Shown here: piece by piece, positions 12,801-26,160 of the stretch
Layout of the letters: each line of letters opens with the position of its first letter
Position numbering within the stretch: the stretch's first letter is position 1
NCBI GenBank assembly: GCA_043228905.1
Contig: JBHGNT010000002.1
Coordinates: forward strand, 17,360,001 to 17,424,000
Length of the DNA stretch: 64,000 nucleotides
Origin: Azolla caroliniana
Taxonomy: Eukaryota > Plantae > Polypodiophyta
Reading direction: 5' to 3'
Notes under the pieces: model-generated
The model's database searches: none
Told to the model about the DNA's origin: nothing
The model's input: only the letters and a program-made list of their open reading frames with translations
Position numbers and translations under genes: made by a program

Positions 12801-13448
12801 AGAATTCTATATATTTCTTCGGTAGTTGGACCCCCGATTCTTGTGAGCTCGATGTGGGAGTTGCTAAAACTGCGAACACCAACATGTCTTCCTTTTGTCC
12901 TTCCTCACGTAATTGATGTATAGAGATTGTCGAAATCTTTTGGAATGTCATATCATTTGTTGGAGTTTTAAGAGGCTCAGAATGTATTGTGACTTCTTCG
13001 ATGGTTCTTTTTCTCCAATCAATAGTTGGGTTATGTAGCTCAAACCATGGAAGACCAAGAACTAGGGAGTGCTCTGGACTACTAATGATGTTGAATGAGA
13101 TGACACTAGCCAAATTGCCTAGGACTACATGAATTGGTTCAGACTCTTCAACTATATCACCTGATGCTATGGGGCGTCCATCAATGACTCCAACTGACAC
13201 TGGGCTAGGGAGCTTATGCAACTGAATATTATGCATTACAGCAAACTCACGATCCATGAAACAAGAGTTGGCTCTAGAGTCTAAGAGGGCAGAAGCTGGG
13301 ACTCGATGGCACCTAGATGTGTTAAGCTCAACTTGTGCAGAGAAAACTCGACTAACTTGACCGGATGAAATGGAACCACAACTAGGGACGGACGTTACAT
13401 GCCTAGGGTTGTCCAACCAAATGGCTCCGATTTTGGCCGGACTTACTC
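9811..13448 (-). pseudogene. pol: Gypsy pol: protease-RT-RNase H-integrase-chromodomain, with a few stops and frameshifts
   Basis: [29 protein letters not shown] zinc finger, SLDFIT, GPY, chromodomain EYEVAAIL..YLVDWLGY..TWEP. Confidence 0.93.
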
Positions 13449-13455
13449 GTTTAAC
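13411..13455 (-). promoter_or_regulatory. Putative -1 ribosomal frameshift signal between gag and pol
   Basis: G_UUA_AAC, 6-nt spacer, then 11-bp stem GUCCGGCCAAA/UUUGGUUGGAC. pol is in the -1 frame. Confidence 0.7.
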
Positions 13456-14561
13456 ACATCATCTAATTGGCTCAAGACATCAAATGTATTTTTATGACAA
13501 GGACTACCAGGCCTACTTGGGTTACGAGAAGGTGGGGTAGAAATTGAGATGGGATTGTCATGAGCACTTACTTGGTTAACTTGTCGTCGTGGTTTATGTG
13601 GGCAATTCATAGCAATATGCCCTGGACCACCACAATAGAGGCATAGACGATTCGCTCGCCGTCGTTGCTTTTCAGCATCCGATAATGGTCCTTGACGTCG
13701 TGTTGTCTCGATTTCCATTGGAGTAGGGCCTTCCACCACATCTGACTTTGATACTTGGGGTGGAGTTGCAACCACCGAAGCATATGTTTCTGTTGGTCGA
13801 AAACGTAACATTTGTTGGCGCTCAGAACGCCGCTCAAATAAGCGATTGTCACATCGCACGGCCCGGCTTACTGCTTCAGTAAGAGATTTTGGATCATCAT
13901 GGAAGGTAAGAAGTAAATCCTTCACATCATTGCGCAGACCTTGACGAAATTGGTCCATTAATGTTGCCTCGTACCATGGAATATCACATGCTAGAAGGCG
14001 AAAATCTGCAACATAAGCGGAAGTAGGACGATCTCCTTGTCGTAATCGCCGAATTTTGTTTATTGCAGTCCTCATACTATCAGTGTCTCCAAAGTTGGCT
14101 TGGAACTCATTAATAAACCCTTCAAAATCTTCTAATAATGGTGAGTGCTTCTCTAGGAGTGGTGCAAACCACGCTAATGCGGTACCCGTTAACAAGGTAC
14201 CAACTAGACCCACACGAGCAACATCAGTTGGGTAACAGCTAGGATGCAATTTAATCACAAGCCGTACCTGATTTAAAAATCCACGAAACTGAGACCTTGT
14301 ACCATCAAACTTGGCCGGCAGACTAATCTTGGGTTCCTTCGGCGAGGTTTGAACTTCCGCCGCTTGTCATTGCAATAGAGTAGTCTCCAATTGATGCACC
14401 CATTGAGATAATTCTTCATATTGTTGTACTTTTTCAGCACTTACTTGTTGTAGGTCTCCCAACAATCTTTGATTTTCATGCTCTAGTGCCACGAATTTGG
14501 TTGTTAGCATTTCGAGCTCGGAGAGAACACGCATATATTCTTGCTTGTTGACGGACTCCAT
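13443..14561 (-). pseudogene. gag: Gypsy gag (PEG10/RTL1-like capsid + CCHC), one internal stop at 14367-14369
   Basis: LLTGTALAWF, LRQG..YVADFR, CLYCGGPGHIAMNC. Confidence 0.9.
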
Positions 14562-15125
14562 AGTTGCAATAGAAAATTGCTAGATTTGGTTGAATAAGGT
14601 TAAGATAAGAAGAAGAAGTTGGAGAAGAAGAAAAGAGATAGATTCGGTTCAAACTGTTGTGACTTGAGAATAGGAGAGAGAAAAATAAGATGACAGTAGA
14701 AGGTAGAGGGAGAGAGTGAGAGAGAGAGAGAAAGAACACTAGAGATGGAAAGAGAGTTTATAATATAAGAGAGCAAGGATTACAAAGAGTAGGCTAAGGG
14801 GCTACAAACTGGTGTTGAACCGAATGAGTTGTGATGAATGAATAGACACCTATTTATAGGTCCTTATGGAGTATTCTGGAAAGTTCTAGAATATTTTAGA
14901 TATTTATGATATTTAATATAATCATGGAATATCCTAGAATGTTCTAGAATACTCTAGAATGTTCTAGAATGTTCTAGAATACTCTAAATGTCTTGTAATA
15001 ACTAATAATACATTTATTATCACTATACATCATATATGTGAGTATAATGGTTAAAGGTCTAACATATAGACCAAGACGTCTTGAGCTCGAATCCTTGTAA
15101 GGCCAAAATGTATGTCGTCATGACA

Positions 15126-18100
15126 CGTACAGAAGGAGTATCAAGAAGTCATCTCCTTCGAATTTCTTCACAAACATGCAGTGATCAGCCTGCGTCTTGT
15201 GGTACCCTTGATCGGTCATGAAGGAATCGAACTTCCGGTACCATTGCCGGGGGGCTTGCTTCAACCCGTAGAGGCTCTTCTTCAACCGGCATACCAGGTG
15301 CTCCTTCCCTTTCTCCACAAATCCTTCCTATTGCTGCATGTAGATCTCCTCTTCGAGGTCGCCGTGAAGGAATGTCGTCTTCACGTCTAGCTACTCTACC
15401 TCGAGGTCCATGCTTGCCGCTATTCTCAGCACCGACCGGATCAAGGTCATCTTTACTACCAGGGTAAATATCTCGTCAAAGTCCACACCCTTTTTCTGCT
15501 GGAACCCCTTCACCACGATCCTGGCTTTGTATCTCGGGGGGTTGCCGGCATCTCCCGGTTTCAACTTGTACACCCACTTATTTCGGAGTGCCCGCTTTCC
15601 TTTCGGCAACTCCACCAATTCGTACGTATGGTTCTCATATACGGAATCCATCTCATCCTGGATGGCACTTAACCATTTTCGGCTGTGGGTGTCATCCTTC
15701 GCTTCTTCGAAGCTTTCCAGCTCCCCCTCATCGGTCAGCAGAACATGCTCAGCATCCGGAAATCTCCGTCTTCGGGCTTCGGTAACCGGCTCCTCCATTT
15801 GCTCTTCATCCGAATCGGTTTCGGGGTCTTGGCCGGTTCCGGTTTCAGCTTCCTCTACTTCTTCTTTTGCCGATCCGGTATCCTCACCGTAACCGGTTGG
15901 TTCCTCGAGTGCTAACCGGTCTCTTGCCGGTTGGGTTTGCTCATCGTAGAGTCGATCCTTGCCGGTCGACTCGGAGTTCATTATCTTCTTCTCCGACTCC
16001 CAGTCGGCGAGCGTCTTGTCCTCCATGAAGATAATATCTCGACTCCGGAATACCTTTTTGTCGACCGGGTCCCACACTCGGTAGCCGAACTCATCGTTGC
16101 CGTAACCGAGGAATATGCATGCCCGGGTCTTTGGATCTAACTTTCCTCTCCGGTCCTTAGCTACATGCACGTACGCGAGACACCCGAATACCTTCAGATG
16201 CCGGTAGGACACTTCCTTACCGGTCCAGACTCTCTGTGGCGTGTCTCCGTCCAATGGTACTGAGGGTGATCTGTTTATCACGTATGTCGCTGTCGACAGT
16301 GCCTCAGCCCAAAACTTCTTGGGTAGTTTTGCATGCGCTAGCATACTCCGGACCCTCTCCATTATGGTCCGGTTCATCCTCTCGGCCAGCCCGTTTAGTT
16401 CCAGCATCTTTGGCACGGTAAATTCGAGCCGGATTCCCTTCGAGCGACAGTACTCCTCGAACTGCCCCCGATATTCTCCTCCGTTATCTGCTCGAACCGC
16501 CTTCAACTTCCGGCCGGTTTCTCTTTCCACTCTCGCGTGGAGCTCTTTGAAGACGGATAGCACATGATCCTTCGTCTTCAACGGTGTGGTCCACAGCTTC
16601 CGGCTGTGGTCATCTATGAACGTCACGAAGTACTGCGCTCCGGCATGTGACTTCGTGTCTACTTGACACACATCCGTATGCACCAACTCTAGTGGTGCAT
16701 TGCGTCTCATCGGTGGCCTTGGTCGGAAGGAGGTCCGGTTTTGCTTACCGGCCAGACAATTAGTGCACTTCTCCAAGTGCACGTTCTTCACTGGAATGAG
16801 GTTGTCATATGCAAGCCTCTTCATCCCCTTCTCGCTCATATAACACAGCCTCTTGTGCTATAGCTCACCGGCAGTGTCGGATGCAACGTTCACTTCTTCC
16901 GGACATAACCGGGCATTCATCAGGTACAGTGTATTGATCTTCCGGGCCCGAGCCACAATCAGGCTCCCTTTGCTGAACTTCATGACATCGTTCTGGATGC
17001 TACCTATGTAGCCTTCATCATCTAGCCGACCGGCTGATACCAGGTTCAGACGAACCTCCGGAACGTGTCGGACATCCTTCAACTTCAACTTGCATCCGGT
17101 TGGTGTTGTCAGCCACACGTCTCCTATGCCGACAATTCAGCATGTACCTTCATTCCCCATCCGGACACAGTCATGATCACGAGCTGAGTAGGATGAGAAG
17201 CATTTCCGGTCCGGGGTAAGGTGGAGCGACGCTCTAGAGTCGACTACCCAGGTCATCTCGTCGTCGGCAAGGTTTATCTCACTCTCCTCGGTGATGAGCA
17301 TCAACTCTTCTTCACTTGATGCGATTGCCGTCGTCCCCTTCCGGTCCGGCCCCCTCCGGTATTTACCGTTCCGGTTCGGGGTCCGCTTCGAATCAGTACC
17401 GTCGGTCTCCTTATCCTTTCGGAAATGCCGACAGTTCTTCTGGAAGTGTCCCGGCTTGCCGCAATAGAAGCAAGTGGGTCTTCCCCTTGACTTTGACCGT
17501 GTCCCCGACTTCTCCCGGTTCTGGGGACTACGGTTTCTATGTCTTCCGCGTTCCGATTCGGTAAGGAGCGCTTTGGAGTCGGAGCTCGTATCTTTGTCTT
17601 TCCGACGCGCCTCCTCATCTAGCAAGCTCGACTTTACTCTTGCTAGCGATAACCGCTTTCCTTCCGGCCCGGCGTTGCCCAAAGTGACAACCAACGTCTC
17701 CCAGCTATCCGAGAGGGAACCGAGCAGGAGTAGTGCAAGTACCTCATCAGCGAGAGGTACTTCCAATGAAGTTGCCTGGTGGATCAGCCCATGGAAGGCA
17801 TTCATGTGCTCCGCCATGCTGGAGCCATCATGGTACCGGAGTCTTACTAGCTTCCGGAACACCGAAACCTGATTAACAACATTTTTGTTTTGAAACATAA
17901 TGTCGATCTTCTCCCACAGCTCATGAGCCTTGCTCTCTTCATTGAAGTTGTTGTATAGGCTCATGTCGATAAAGCACCGTATGTAAGCCGTTGTCTTCAT
18001 GTGCATCACCTCCCATACCGTGGCATCGATTTTGTCCGGTCTCTTGCCCCAAACTGAACCGGCAACCAAAGATCTTTAACCATGAGCATGTCCCTCATCT

Positions 18101-18164
18101 TCGACTTCCATACCGAATAGTTGGAGTCGGTGAGCTTGAACATGCCGCCAAACAATTCGTCCAT
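15126..18164 (-). pseudogene. pol: Copia-B gag-PR-INT-RT N-terminal part
   Basis: CFYCGKPGHFQKNC, WVVDSRAS, VHTDV/RADNGGEY, YKARIVVKG, SLYGLKQAPRQW. Stops and frameshifts. Confidence 0.92.
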
Positions 18165-20714
18165 TTTTCTGTGTAGTTTCGCTTTGATACCACTTGACAG
18201 GAACTGCACGCTCCTTATTCGCAACGCTCGGCCACAACCGAGCTTAGAATCATACACAGAAAAACGGGAAATAAAACACGACACGAAGAAGAAACGAGTA
18301 CACAAAATGTTTACGTGGAAAGCTCAAAAAGGGAAAAACCACAGCAGCCCACAGGCTGAAAACTATCACTATGCTAGAATGTACAACAGTGAGTTCACGG
18401 AGGCAACGACCTCGTGCTCACGATCCTCGCCACAGGCGGCGGTTACAACATAGGCAACGACCTCTTTCTCTCTCTCTCTCTCTGTACACAGTTACGCGCT
18501 CTATCTATTCTTGCACCAACAAGAAAATGACAACAACAACTAACAACAGTTTGCCCTAGGTCATATTTATAATAATATGACTTTTCAGCTATTTACAAAT
18601 ATAGCCACGATGGACTCTCAGAAACATATTTACAAATATGTGTCTTCATCCGGAGAGCGCTTCTCACCGGGCCTGCATCATCCGGATCTTGCCGGGCACT
18701 CGTCATCCGGTTCTCACCGGGTCTGCACCATCCGGCTCTCCGTAGCCGGGTACTCCTCATCCGGTTCTCACCGGGTCTACACCATCCGGAGGGACCTGTC
18801 TCCCAACAATACTGCGTAAACTCAAGCTCTCCATTAAACCTGAGTTTTCTTCCTTCTGTTCGGTCTTCATACTTGCTTCCACACGCTACTTTCTACATGG
18901 TATCAAAGTGCGAGGTTTGAGAACCTCTCTGTAGCCGACACAGCTTGACGAAGAAGAACAAGAAGAACGATGGATAGAGGCATGGCGAGCTCGCTTCCAA
19001 CAGAGAAGCTCGATAGAACCAACTACGCGTCTTGGTCCTACAAGATGCACTAGTACCTGCTCAGGCACGGCTACTGGAGTTATGTCGAAGGAGCTAATGA
19101 CGTGGCACCCGAATCGACTCACAAAGACTTCCCATCGTGGGAGCAATCGCCAAGCAGGGTATTATACTGCTTCGCGTCGTGTGTGGGTGAACAACTATTG
19201 AGCTATGTTCGGGATGCAAAGACGCTGAAGGGTGCATGGGAAAATTTGAAGAAGATTTTCGCCGCGAGCACCACTGCCAGGAAGCTTCAGCTCCGACAGG
19301 AGTAGAGCAACCTACAACAACACGACTTGTCGGTGGCGGACTATACCTCCAAGATCAAGGATATCTGCGACTCCCTCGCCTCCATAGAGGTGAACATCAA
19401 GGAGAGCGAGATGGTCCAGATCTGACTCGGAGGTTTGGCGTCGAAGTTTAGAGCGTTCCGAACGGCTGTGTGTACCCGGGAGAATACGCCGTCCTTTTTC
19501 GACTTACAGTCAATGCTCCTGGTAGAGGAGAACCACGCGGGTGCGTCTACAAGCATGCACACCGACAGCAGAATGTTGTACACGAAGGGAGATAGGCCCC
19601 GTGGACGTGGAGGGCGAGGCGAGTGGGCGCGCAATGGAGGCGGCCGACGAGATCAAGGAAGAAGGCACCGAAGTGATGCCGACAGCAACTCCGGACCCTC
19701 CGGAAACAGGGGGGAGTCGAAGCGATGAGAACCGGAAAGGGAAGGCCATCGCGGAGTGCTGGTACTGTGGCAAGAAAGGCCACAAGGAAAGTGAGTGTTG
19801 GAAGAAGCTCGCTGATTCGAAGAGAACCGGTTCCAGAAACGGCTCTGGACATACCGACAAAGGGAATCGGCAGCGATTACACTACGTCGAAGACTCCGTG
19901 AGAGCCGGAGAAGGGTCTACCTTCGTGACGAGACACAAAGCAAACTCAATGAAACGGACCACCCCGAGATCGGACGAGGTGTGGTACGTAGACTCCGGTG
20001 CGTCAAACCACATGACGAGCCATAAGGAGTGGTTCTCGTACGTTGAAAAACCGATACAACCTGGAGTAGTCGCAACTGGAGACGACACTCCGCATCCGAT
20101 CGCGACTGTCAGAGAAGTTCCCCTTAGCCATGTCGGGCAGAAAGCGAAACTCATGAACATGTTGCCATCAAGGACGAGAAGACCGAAGACAAGTTGGAGA
20201 CAACCAACTCGGACGAGAGCGAAAACCGATCGGAGGTAGCCGAGTCGGTTCGGATGTTTGATTTAGATACGTTGAATCAACCGAGGCCCAAGCGGAAGAA
20301 AAGGCAGCAGGAGAAGCGTCAACACCGCAACAGTAGAAGAGCTGATAAGGACCACATGAGCAGACAAGCCGACCGGAAGGGTCGAAGCGCGCGGAGTTGA
20401 ACAGGTCGTGGAGCGCGAGCGAGGCGTGAAGCTAGGAGGAACCGGAGCTGTGAGCTCGAAGATCCCGAAGAGCCTCAAGTTGGGCTTGAGGGGGAGTGTT
20501 GAGAGACAAGCTCAACATCGGCTGGATCAGCTGAAGAAGCCGAGGACCGGATCGGTTGGGACCGATCGGTTAGGCCGAATGCGTAAACCGGTATGCAGAC
20601 CGGTGCGTAGGTAGGGCCGGATCGGTGCGTAAACCGGGACGCCGTTAGGAAAGGTATTCCGTGAGGAATATATTTGGGAGTTAGTGTAGGAGTTCTTAAT
20701 GAGCATTGAAGTAC

Positions 20715-21603
20715 TGTCCGTACTTCGGTCAGTTCTTCTAGGACTTGTATAAAAGTGTTCACTGAACACACATATGTATAGAGAGTGTATTGAATATACT
20801 TCTTGTGTTTTTCTCTCTGTCTCTCCCGAGTATACTGCGTAAGCTCAAGCTCTCCATTAAACCTGAGTTTTCTTCCTTCTGTTCGGTCTTTAGAATTGCT
20901 TCCGCACGCTACTTTCTACACTTGAGCCCAGTGACACGTACATTTACGCGTCGGGCCTGACGCATTTTCTCTTTTCCAAGGGTGGTATTAACAATATTTT
21001 CATCTTTTATTTCTTTTTTAATGTTTCTTTTAACCACATCTACCCAACCCGTTTTAGCTAACTCTATGTTATTATTAACTTCCTCTTTAACTTTTTTAAT
21101 TTTGTCCTTTATATCCTCTATAGAGGATATTTCACCATCTTCTCGAGATACCTCGATGTCAGTACTTCTGTCAGTTCTTCTAGGACTTGTATAAAAGTGT
21201 TCACTGAACACACATATGTATAGAGAGTGTATTGAATATACTTCTTGTGTTTTTCTCTCTGTCTCTCCCGAGTATACTGCGTAAGCTCAAGCTCTCCATT
21301 AAACCTGAGTTTTCTTCCTTCTGTTCGATCTTCAGAATTGCTTCCGCACGCTACTTTCTACACTTGAGCCCAGTGACACGTACATTTAAGCGTCGGGACT
21401 GACGCATTTTCTCTTTTCCAAGGGTGGTATTAACAATATTTTCATCTTTTATTTCTTTTTTAATGTTTCTTTTTAACCACATCTACCCAACCCGTTTTAG
21501 CTAACTCTATGTTATTATTAACTTCCTCTTTAACTTTTTTAATTTTGTCCTTTATATCCTCTATAGAGGATATTTCACCATCTTCTCGAGATACCTCGAT
21601 GTC
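20715..21603. repeat. ~442-bp tandem duplication spanning the LTR end, TSD and LINE ORF1
   Basis: 20715-21156 is repeated at 21157-21603; TGTC microhomology at the junction. Confidence 0.88.
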
Positions 21604-21831
21604 GTTAAGTTGTTTTTTAAGGTCGGTGTTTTCCACTTTAAGTTGTTCTATTTCGGCCTTGAGGGTGTCTTTTTCCTCTCTATCTTTTTTCTTGTGGGTT
21701 TCGGCGTCTTTCACCCATTTTTTCATATCCATCTCTATTTTTGTTAAACGATTAAACATATCTAAAAAGTCCTCCTTACTTATAGCCTCGTCTTCTATAT
21801 ACTTATGTTCCTTAGTTCGTTTAGATGTCAT
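20921..21831 (-). pseudogene. LINE ORF1 N-terminal coiled-coil part (partly duplicated)
   Basis: MTSKRTKE..LKAEIEQLKVENTDLKKQL..RRVNVRVTGL; continues into 7657 across the TSD. Confidence 0.78.
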
Positions 21832-22014
21832 TGTGTTGTCAATAAGAAAAAAAGGTAAAATAAATGGGTTCGAGACTTAGCCGAGTTTGTGTGTATGTCG
21901 CAATCACATCGGTATTTTGTAGCACGCGACGAGCACACCAAAAGAACCCACCCACGAACTCGTCAAGAAAATGGCACTTCACAACGTCAAGAGAAAACGG
22001 AGAAGAAACACCCC

Positions 22015-22326
22015 GCGACGGCGACGGTGACGGCGGCAGTCGTCAAATGACGACAACAGACGGCTGCAGACGGCAAAAGACGGTTGTAGACGGTGACAGC
22101 TGCAGACGGCAAAAGACGGCGGTAGACAGTAGCAGACAACGGTAGTCGTCAGACGACGACATCAATAGTCGGCAGCAGACAACGACGACGGCGATGGCGA
22201 CGACAATAAACGGCGACAGCAACAACAGAAAGAGCCGTTACACAGTGGAGACAAGGAAGCGAGAGTCCAAGCCAGACGAGGAATAGAGAGAGAGAGAGAG
22301 AGAGAGATAAATTAGGGTTTTGAGCT

Positions 22327-22388
<62 letters not shown>

Positions 22389-22492
22389 AGGACCACAATG
22401 AGGAAGTGAAGTTTCTTCTGTAGAGATGGAAGCTCGAGCGATGGCAGAGCTCTTAGAGACCAAAGGAGGAGAGAGAGAGAGAGAGAGAGAAA
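22015..22492. repeat. GAC/GGC-rich simple repeats and (GA)n microsatellites
   Basis: Visible directly; (GA)n tracts at ~22284-22308, 22328-22388 and 22467-22489. Confidence 0.9.
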
Positions 22493-22499
22493 CAGTAGA

Positions 22500-25264
22500 A
22501 AATGTCGGAATACGAAGTCGGCAACATTGAGCAAGATCGGAGCGAACCCGACTCCGGCAGCATTGGGCCCCAAACCGGGCGATGACAAATTACGACTGTC
22601 TTCCCGCGAGAAGAACCTCGTTACACGGTACAAGTATAATGATTACATGGTGCATGACTATGCGTACATAAACAAAGTGGCGGAAGTGCGTGAGCCGGAG
22701 AGCTACGCAGGTGCGGCAAAGGACACAAATTGGCGTGCCGCTATGGAGGAAGAAATGCGAGCACTCGATGCCAACGACACATGGGACCTCGTTGACCCTC
22801 CCCAACATTGTAAACTGATCAATTGCAAATGGGTGTACAAGGTAAAGTACAATGACGACGGTTCGGTTAACCGGTACAAGGCCTGGTTCGTGGAAAAGGG
22901 ATACGCACAGACCCACGGAATCGACTACGACGAGACCTTCGCTCCGGTAGTGAAGATGACAACGGTTCCTGTGGTTCTAGCGGTTGTTGCGGCAAGGGGA
23001 TGACATCTTGACCAGATGGACATGAAGAATGCGTTTCTTCAAGGTGATCTTGAAGAATAGGTCCATATGATCCAACCTCCCGGTTTTCACTCAAAGATGA
23101 ACAAGTCGGCGGTGTGCCGGCTTAAGAAGTCGCTTTACGGTCTGAAACAAGCCCCCGAGCTTGGAATGCGAAGATCACGCAACGGTTGGATGGGGTTTGT
23201 GACCTCTAAATCTGACTCATCGTTGTTCATCCGGCAAGGTCCGGACGGTCCGGTTTGCATCTTACTTTATGTAGATGATTTAGTCATCACTGGACCCGGA
23301 CTCAATGAAATTGGCCGTGTCAAGGCCCAACAGTTGGACGTATTTGAGATGAAGGATCTAGGGGACCTTCATTATTTCCTTGTGATCGAGGTGATCCGAA
23401 CCCCCGACGACATATTGCTATCACAATGACACTATGTGTTCAATATGTTGTACAAGTTCAGCATGACGGAATGCCGACCTATCTCCACACCCCTGGACCG
23501 GAACCAGAAGCTCCATCCTAGCTCCGAACCGGCCTGCGATGAGAAACGGTTCCAACAAATAGCCAGAAGCCTGATATACTTGACAATCACCCGACCCGAC
23601 ACCAGTTATCCAGTTGGTGTGATCAGCCAATTCATGCATAAGCCAACCGTGGAGTAGCTTCAGTGCACGCATCAAATATTGCGGTATGTGAGCGGCACGA
23701 AGGATCGGGGACTGTTATACCGGCATGGTGTAACTGAAGAGCTAGTCAGATACACATATGCCGACTAGGTTGGTGATGCACCGGATCACCGATGCACCTC
23801 TGGTTACATGTTTTCTCTAGGTAGCATGACTGTTGCGTGGAGCAGCAGGAAACAACCAACAATGGCTTTATTGAGCACTGAGGCTAAGTACCGGGGCGCT
23901 ACCAATGCCACCTGTGAATCCATCTGGCTTCGGCGACTGTTGTGAGATCTCCGGATCGAGGTGCCAACCCTGATCCTAATCTACTGCAACAATATAAACC
24001 CTATACCCTAAACTTCGTATTCCATGCTCAAACAAAGCACATAGAAATGCATTATCACTTCGTGCGTGAGCCGGTTCTTAGCGGTGAAGTCGAACTTTGA
24101 TATGTTCAGACAGATCAACAAGTTACTAACATCTTCACCAAACTGCTCGGGTTAGACAAGTTGCAACACTTCATCAAAATGCTTGGTGTTCAGCATCTTG
24201 TCGTGCCACATTTGAGGGGGAGAATGGGCAAAGGCAAAGAAACAGTTGATGGCACCAGACAAGGAATCGAAAAGGGAAGAGCCAACAAAGGGGGAGACAA
24301 GAGGAAAAAGGAAGCCGAGTCGACGAAGGAAGTCGGCACATCCGAACAAGTCGGAATGAGCTACAGCAGCGACAGAGTCAAGAAGGACAGAGCCGACCAG
24401 AAGGAGAAGGCCAAGACCCGGACATGGTCTGATGTGGTGACGGATCTGAAATCGGAAGACGACTTGGAGAACACCGCCTTGGACAAGAGCGGAACTGAAT
24501 CGGAGACAACCGATTCGCTTCAACAGTTGGACTTGGAGGAGTAGGATCAACTAAAGACCAAGCGGACACGGACGCAACGGAAGTCGACACCAACACAAAG
24601 GAACCGACAGGTCGACAAGCGCCGTAGTCGCAGCAACGAGGGAGCTGAAATGGGCCTGTTGAGTTGACAAGCCGACCGAGGAGGTTGAGGTGTGCAAAAC
24701 TAGAAGGGTCACGGCAAACAGGACCGGAGTGATGCCAGAAGGAGCCGTGTAGAAGAAGTGGTTGCCACGGACATTAACACCACGATCCGAACTCAAGTTG
24801 AGCTTGAGGGGGGTGTGTTGAGCAAGCAAGCCTAACTGGATCTGGATCGGCTGAATAAGCCAGAGCCAGATCGGCATCTGGAAGGATGAGCTTAATCGGT
24901 ATCTAGAAAAAACTGGCTGGATCGGGGAGCCGGATTCGAGTGCGAACCGGAAGCCTAGTAGTAGCCTAGACTGCTAGGTAATCATTGTCTCGTAGTTAGT
25001 GTCAGTCGCTCGTAAGAGCATTGAAGTACATAGTACTTCTGTCAGACCTTTTGAGGACTTGTATAAATAGTGTTGTTTAGTACGTTGTATGTGCAGAGTT
25101 ACAGAACATTTTCATTTTTGAATCTACGTTTACGTTTTGCTCTCTTTTTCTCTCCCACTTATACTCTCTGTGTATTAAGCTTCTCCATTAAACCTTCATC
25201 TTATTCTCTGTTGCTACCCGGCTGAGCTGGTTCTGTCTAACGCTTCCGCACGTTAACATTCACA
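22500..25264 (+). mobile_element. 3' half of an older Copia-A-related element (RT-RH pseudogene, 3' LTR 24816-25264)
   Basis: [18 protein letters not shown] and WSSRKQ with many stops. PPT TTGAGGGGGG followed by TGTTGAG..CACA. Confidence 0.85.
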
Positions 25265-26160
25265 CATTTGGCCCTTTTTCTCCTGGTTTCTTACAGTTGT
25301 CGTACATCTTCGAGGTTGGGCCCCTCGTTGTCATGAAAAACGGGAACTCAGCCACAACCGAGTCAAATGCAGATACAGATACAGAGGGAAACAAAAATGA
25401 AAGTACACAAGGTATTAACACGAAAAACCCCTAATCGGGTGAAAACCACGGGTGCCCATAGGTACCGAACCAATCCACTATGAGATAAAAATACAATAGG
25501 ACAAACATTCAAGCACCGACCTAAGTTTGTACTCCTCGCCAACAAGCGGTTACAACAGAGACACTCTTTGTATCTCTCACTTGCTCTTGCTTATGTCGTC
25601 TATTCTGTTGTAGAGGCAACGATCTCGCACATGTTGTACACAGTTACATAGCCACTCAAAAAAACGATGAACAAGACGACTCAACACTAAACTATAAAGT
25701 TTTCCCTAGTTATATTTATACTTAGATAACTTGCGGGCTATTTACAGAACTGGCCTAAAAAGGCTTGACTCAAAACCTATTTACACTTCTGACCTTCTTT
25801 TGAGATACTCATCCAGACTTGATCCAGCTTCGGATCGGCCCATCTAAAAGGAACCTAATTCTCAACAAACTCCCCCTTCACTTCGGATGGGACTTCACCA
25901 ATAGCCTTTCTGCCGACAACACCTTTGTCAGCATGACGGATCTGTTCTCCAATGTGTGGATCTTCGTGAATGCAAAGTCCCCTTCTTCTACCCGCTCCTG
26001 GAGCCAATGATATCTCCTTTGAATATGCTTGGTCCTTGAGTGGTAGGTTGCATTCTTCGCTAAGTGGATCACACTTTGGTTGTCACAGTAAATCGGAATT
26101 CACCTTGTCGAATTCCGGCTCTCCGACAAACTCCTTCATCCATTTCATTTCCTTGCCTTC

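Larger units (their letters stand above)
9348..15125 (-). mobile_element. Ty3/gypsy chromovirus (Tcn1-like), full length
   Basis: 471-bp LTRs 9348-9818 and 14655-15125, about 6 differences by eye. TSD CGTAC (9343-9347, 15126-15130). PPT at 9819-9832. Self-priming PBS at 14642-14652. Confidence 0.94.
7998..18808 (-). mobile_element. Ty1/copia family B, inserted in the Copia-A LTR
   Basis: LTRs 7998-8725 and 18195-18808. TSD ATACT (7993-7997, 18809-18813). PBS TGGTATCAAAGC at 18181-18192, PPT at 8726-8735. Confidence 0.93.
7658..20920 (+). mobile_element. Ty1/copia family A copy 2, internally deleted (no INT/RT/RH); 5' LTR split by Copia-B
   Basis: TG..CA ends. TSD CTTGA at 7653-7657 and 20921-20925. 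5' LTR 7658-7997 + 18809-18897, PBS 18898-18909, gag/PR remnant to ~20165, PPT TTGAGGGGGAG, 3' LTR 20497-20920. Confidence 0.93.

Noticed and set aside
21864-22633. ORFs over the (GA)n and GAC repeats as a host gene
   Set aside because: Low-complexity translation with no domain or splice structure that I could support.
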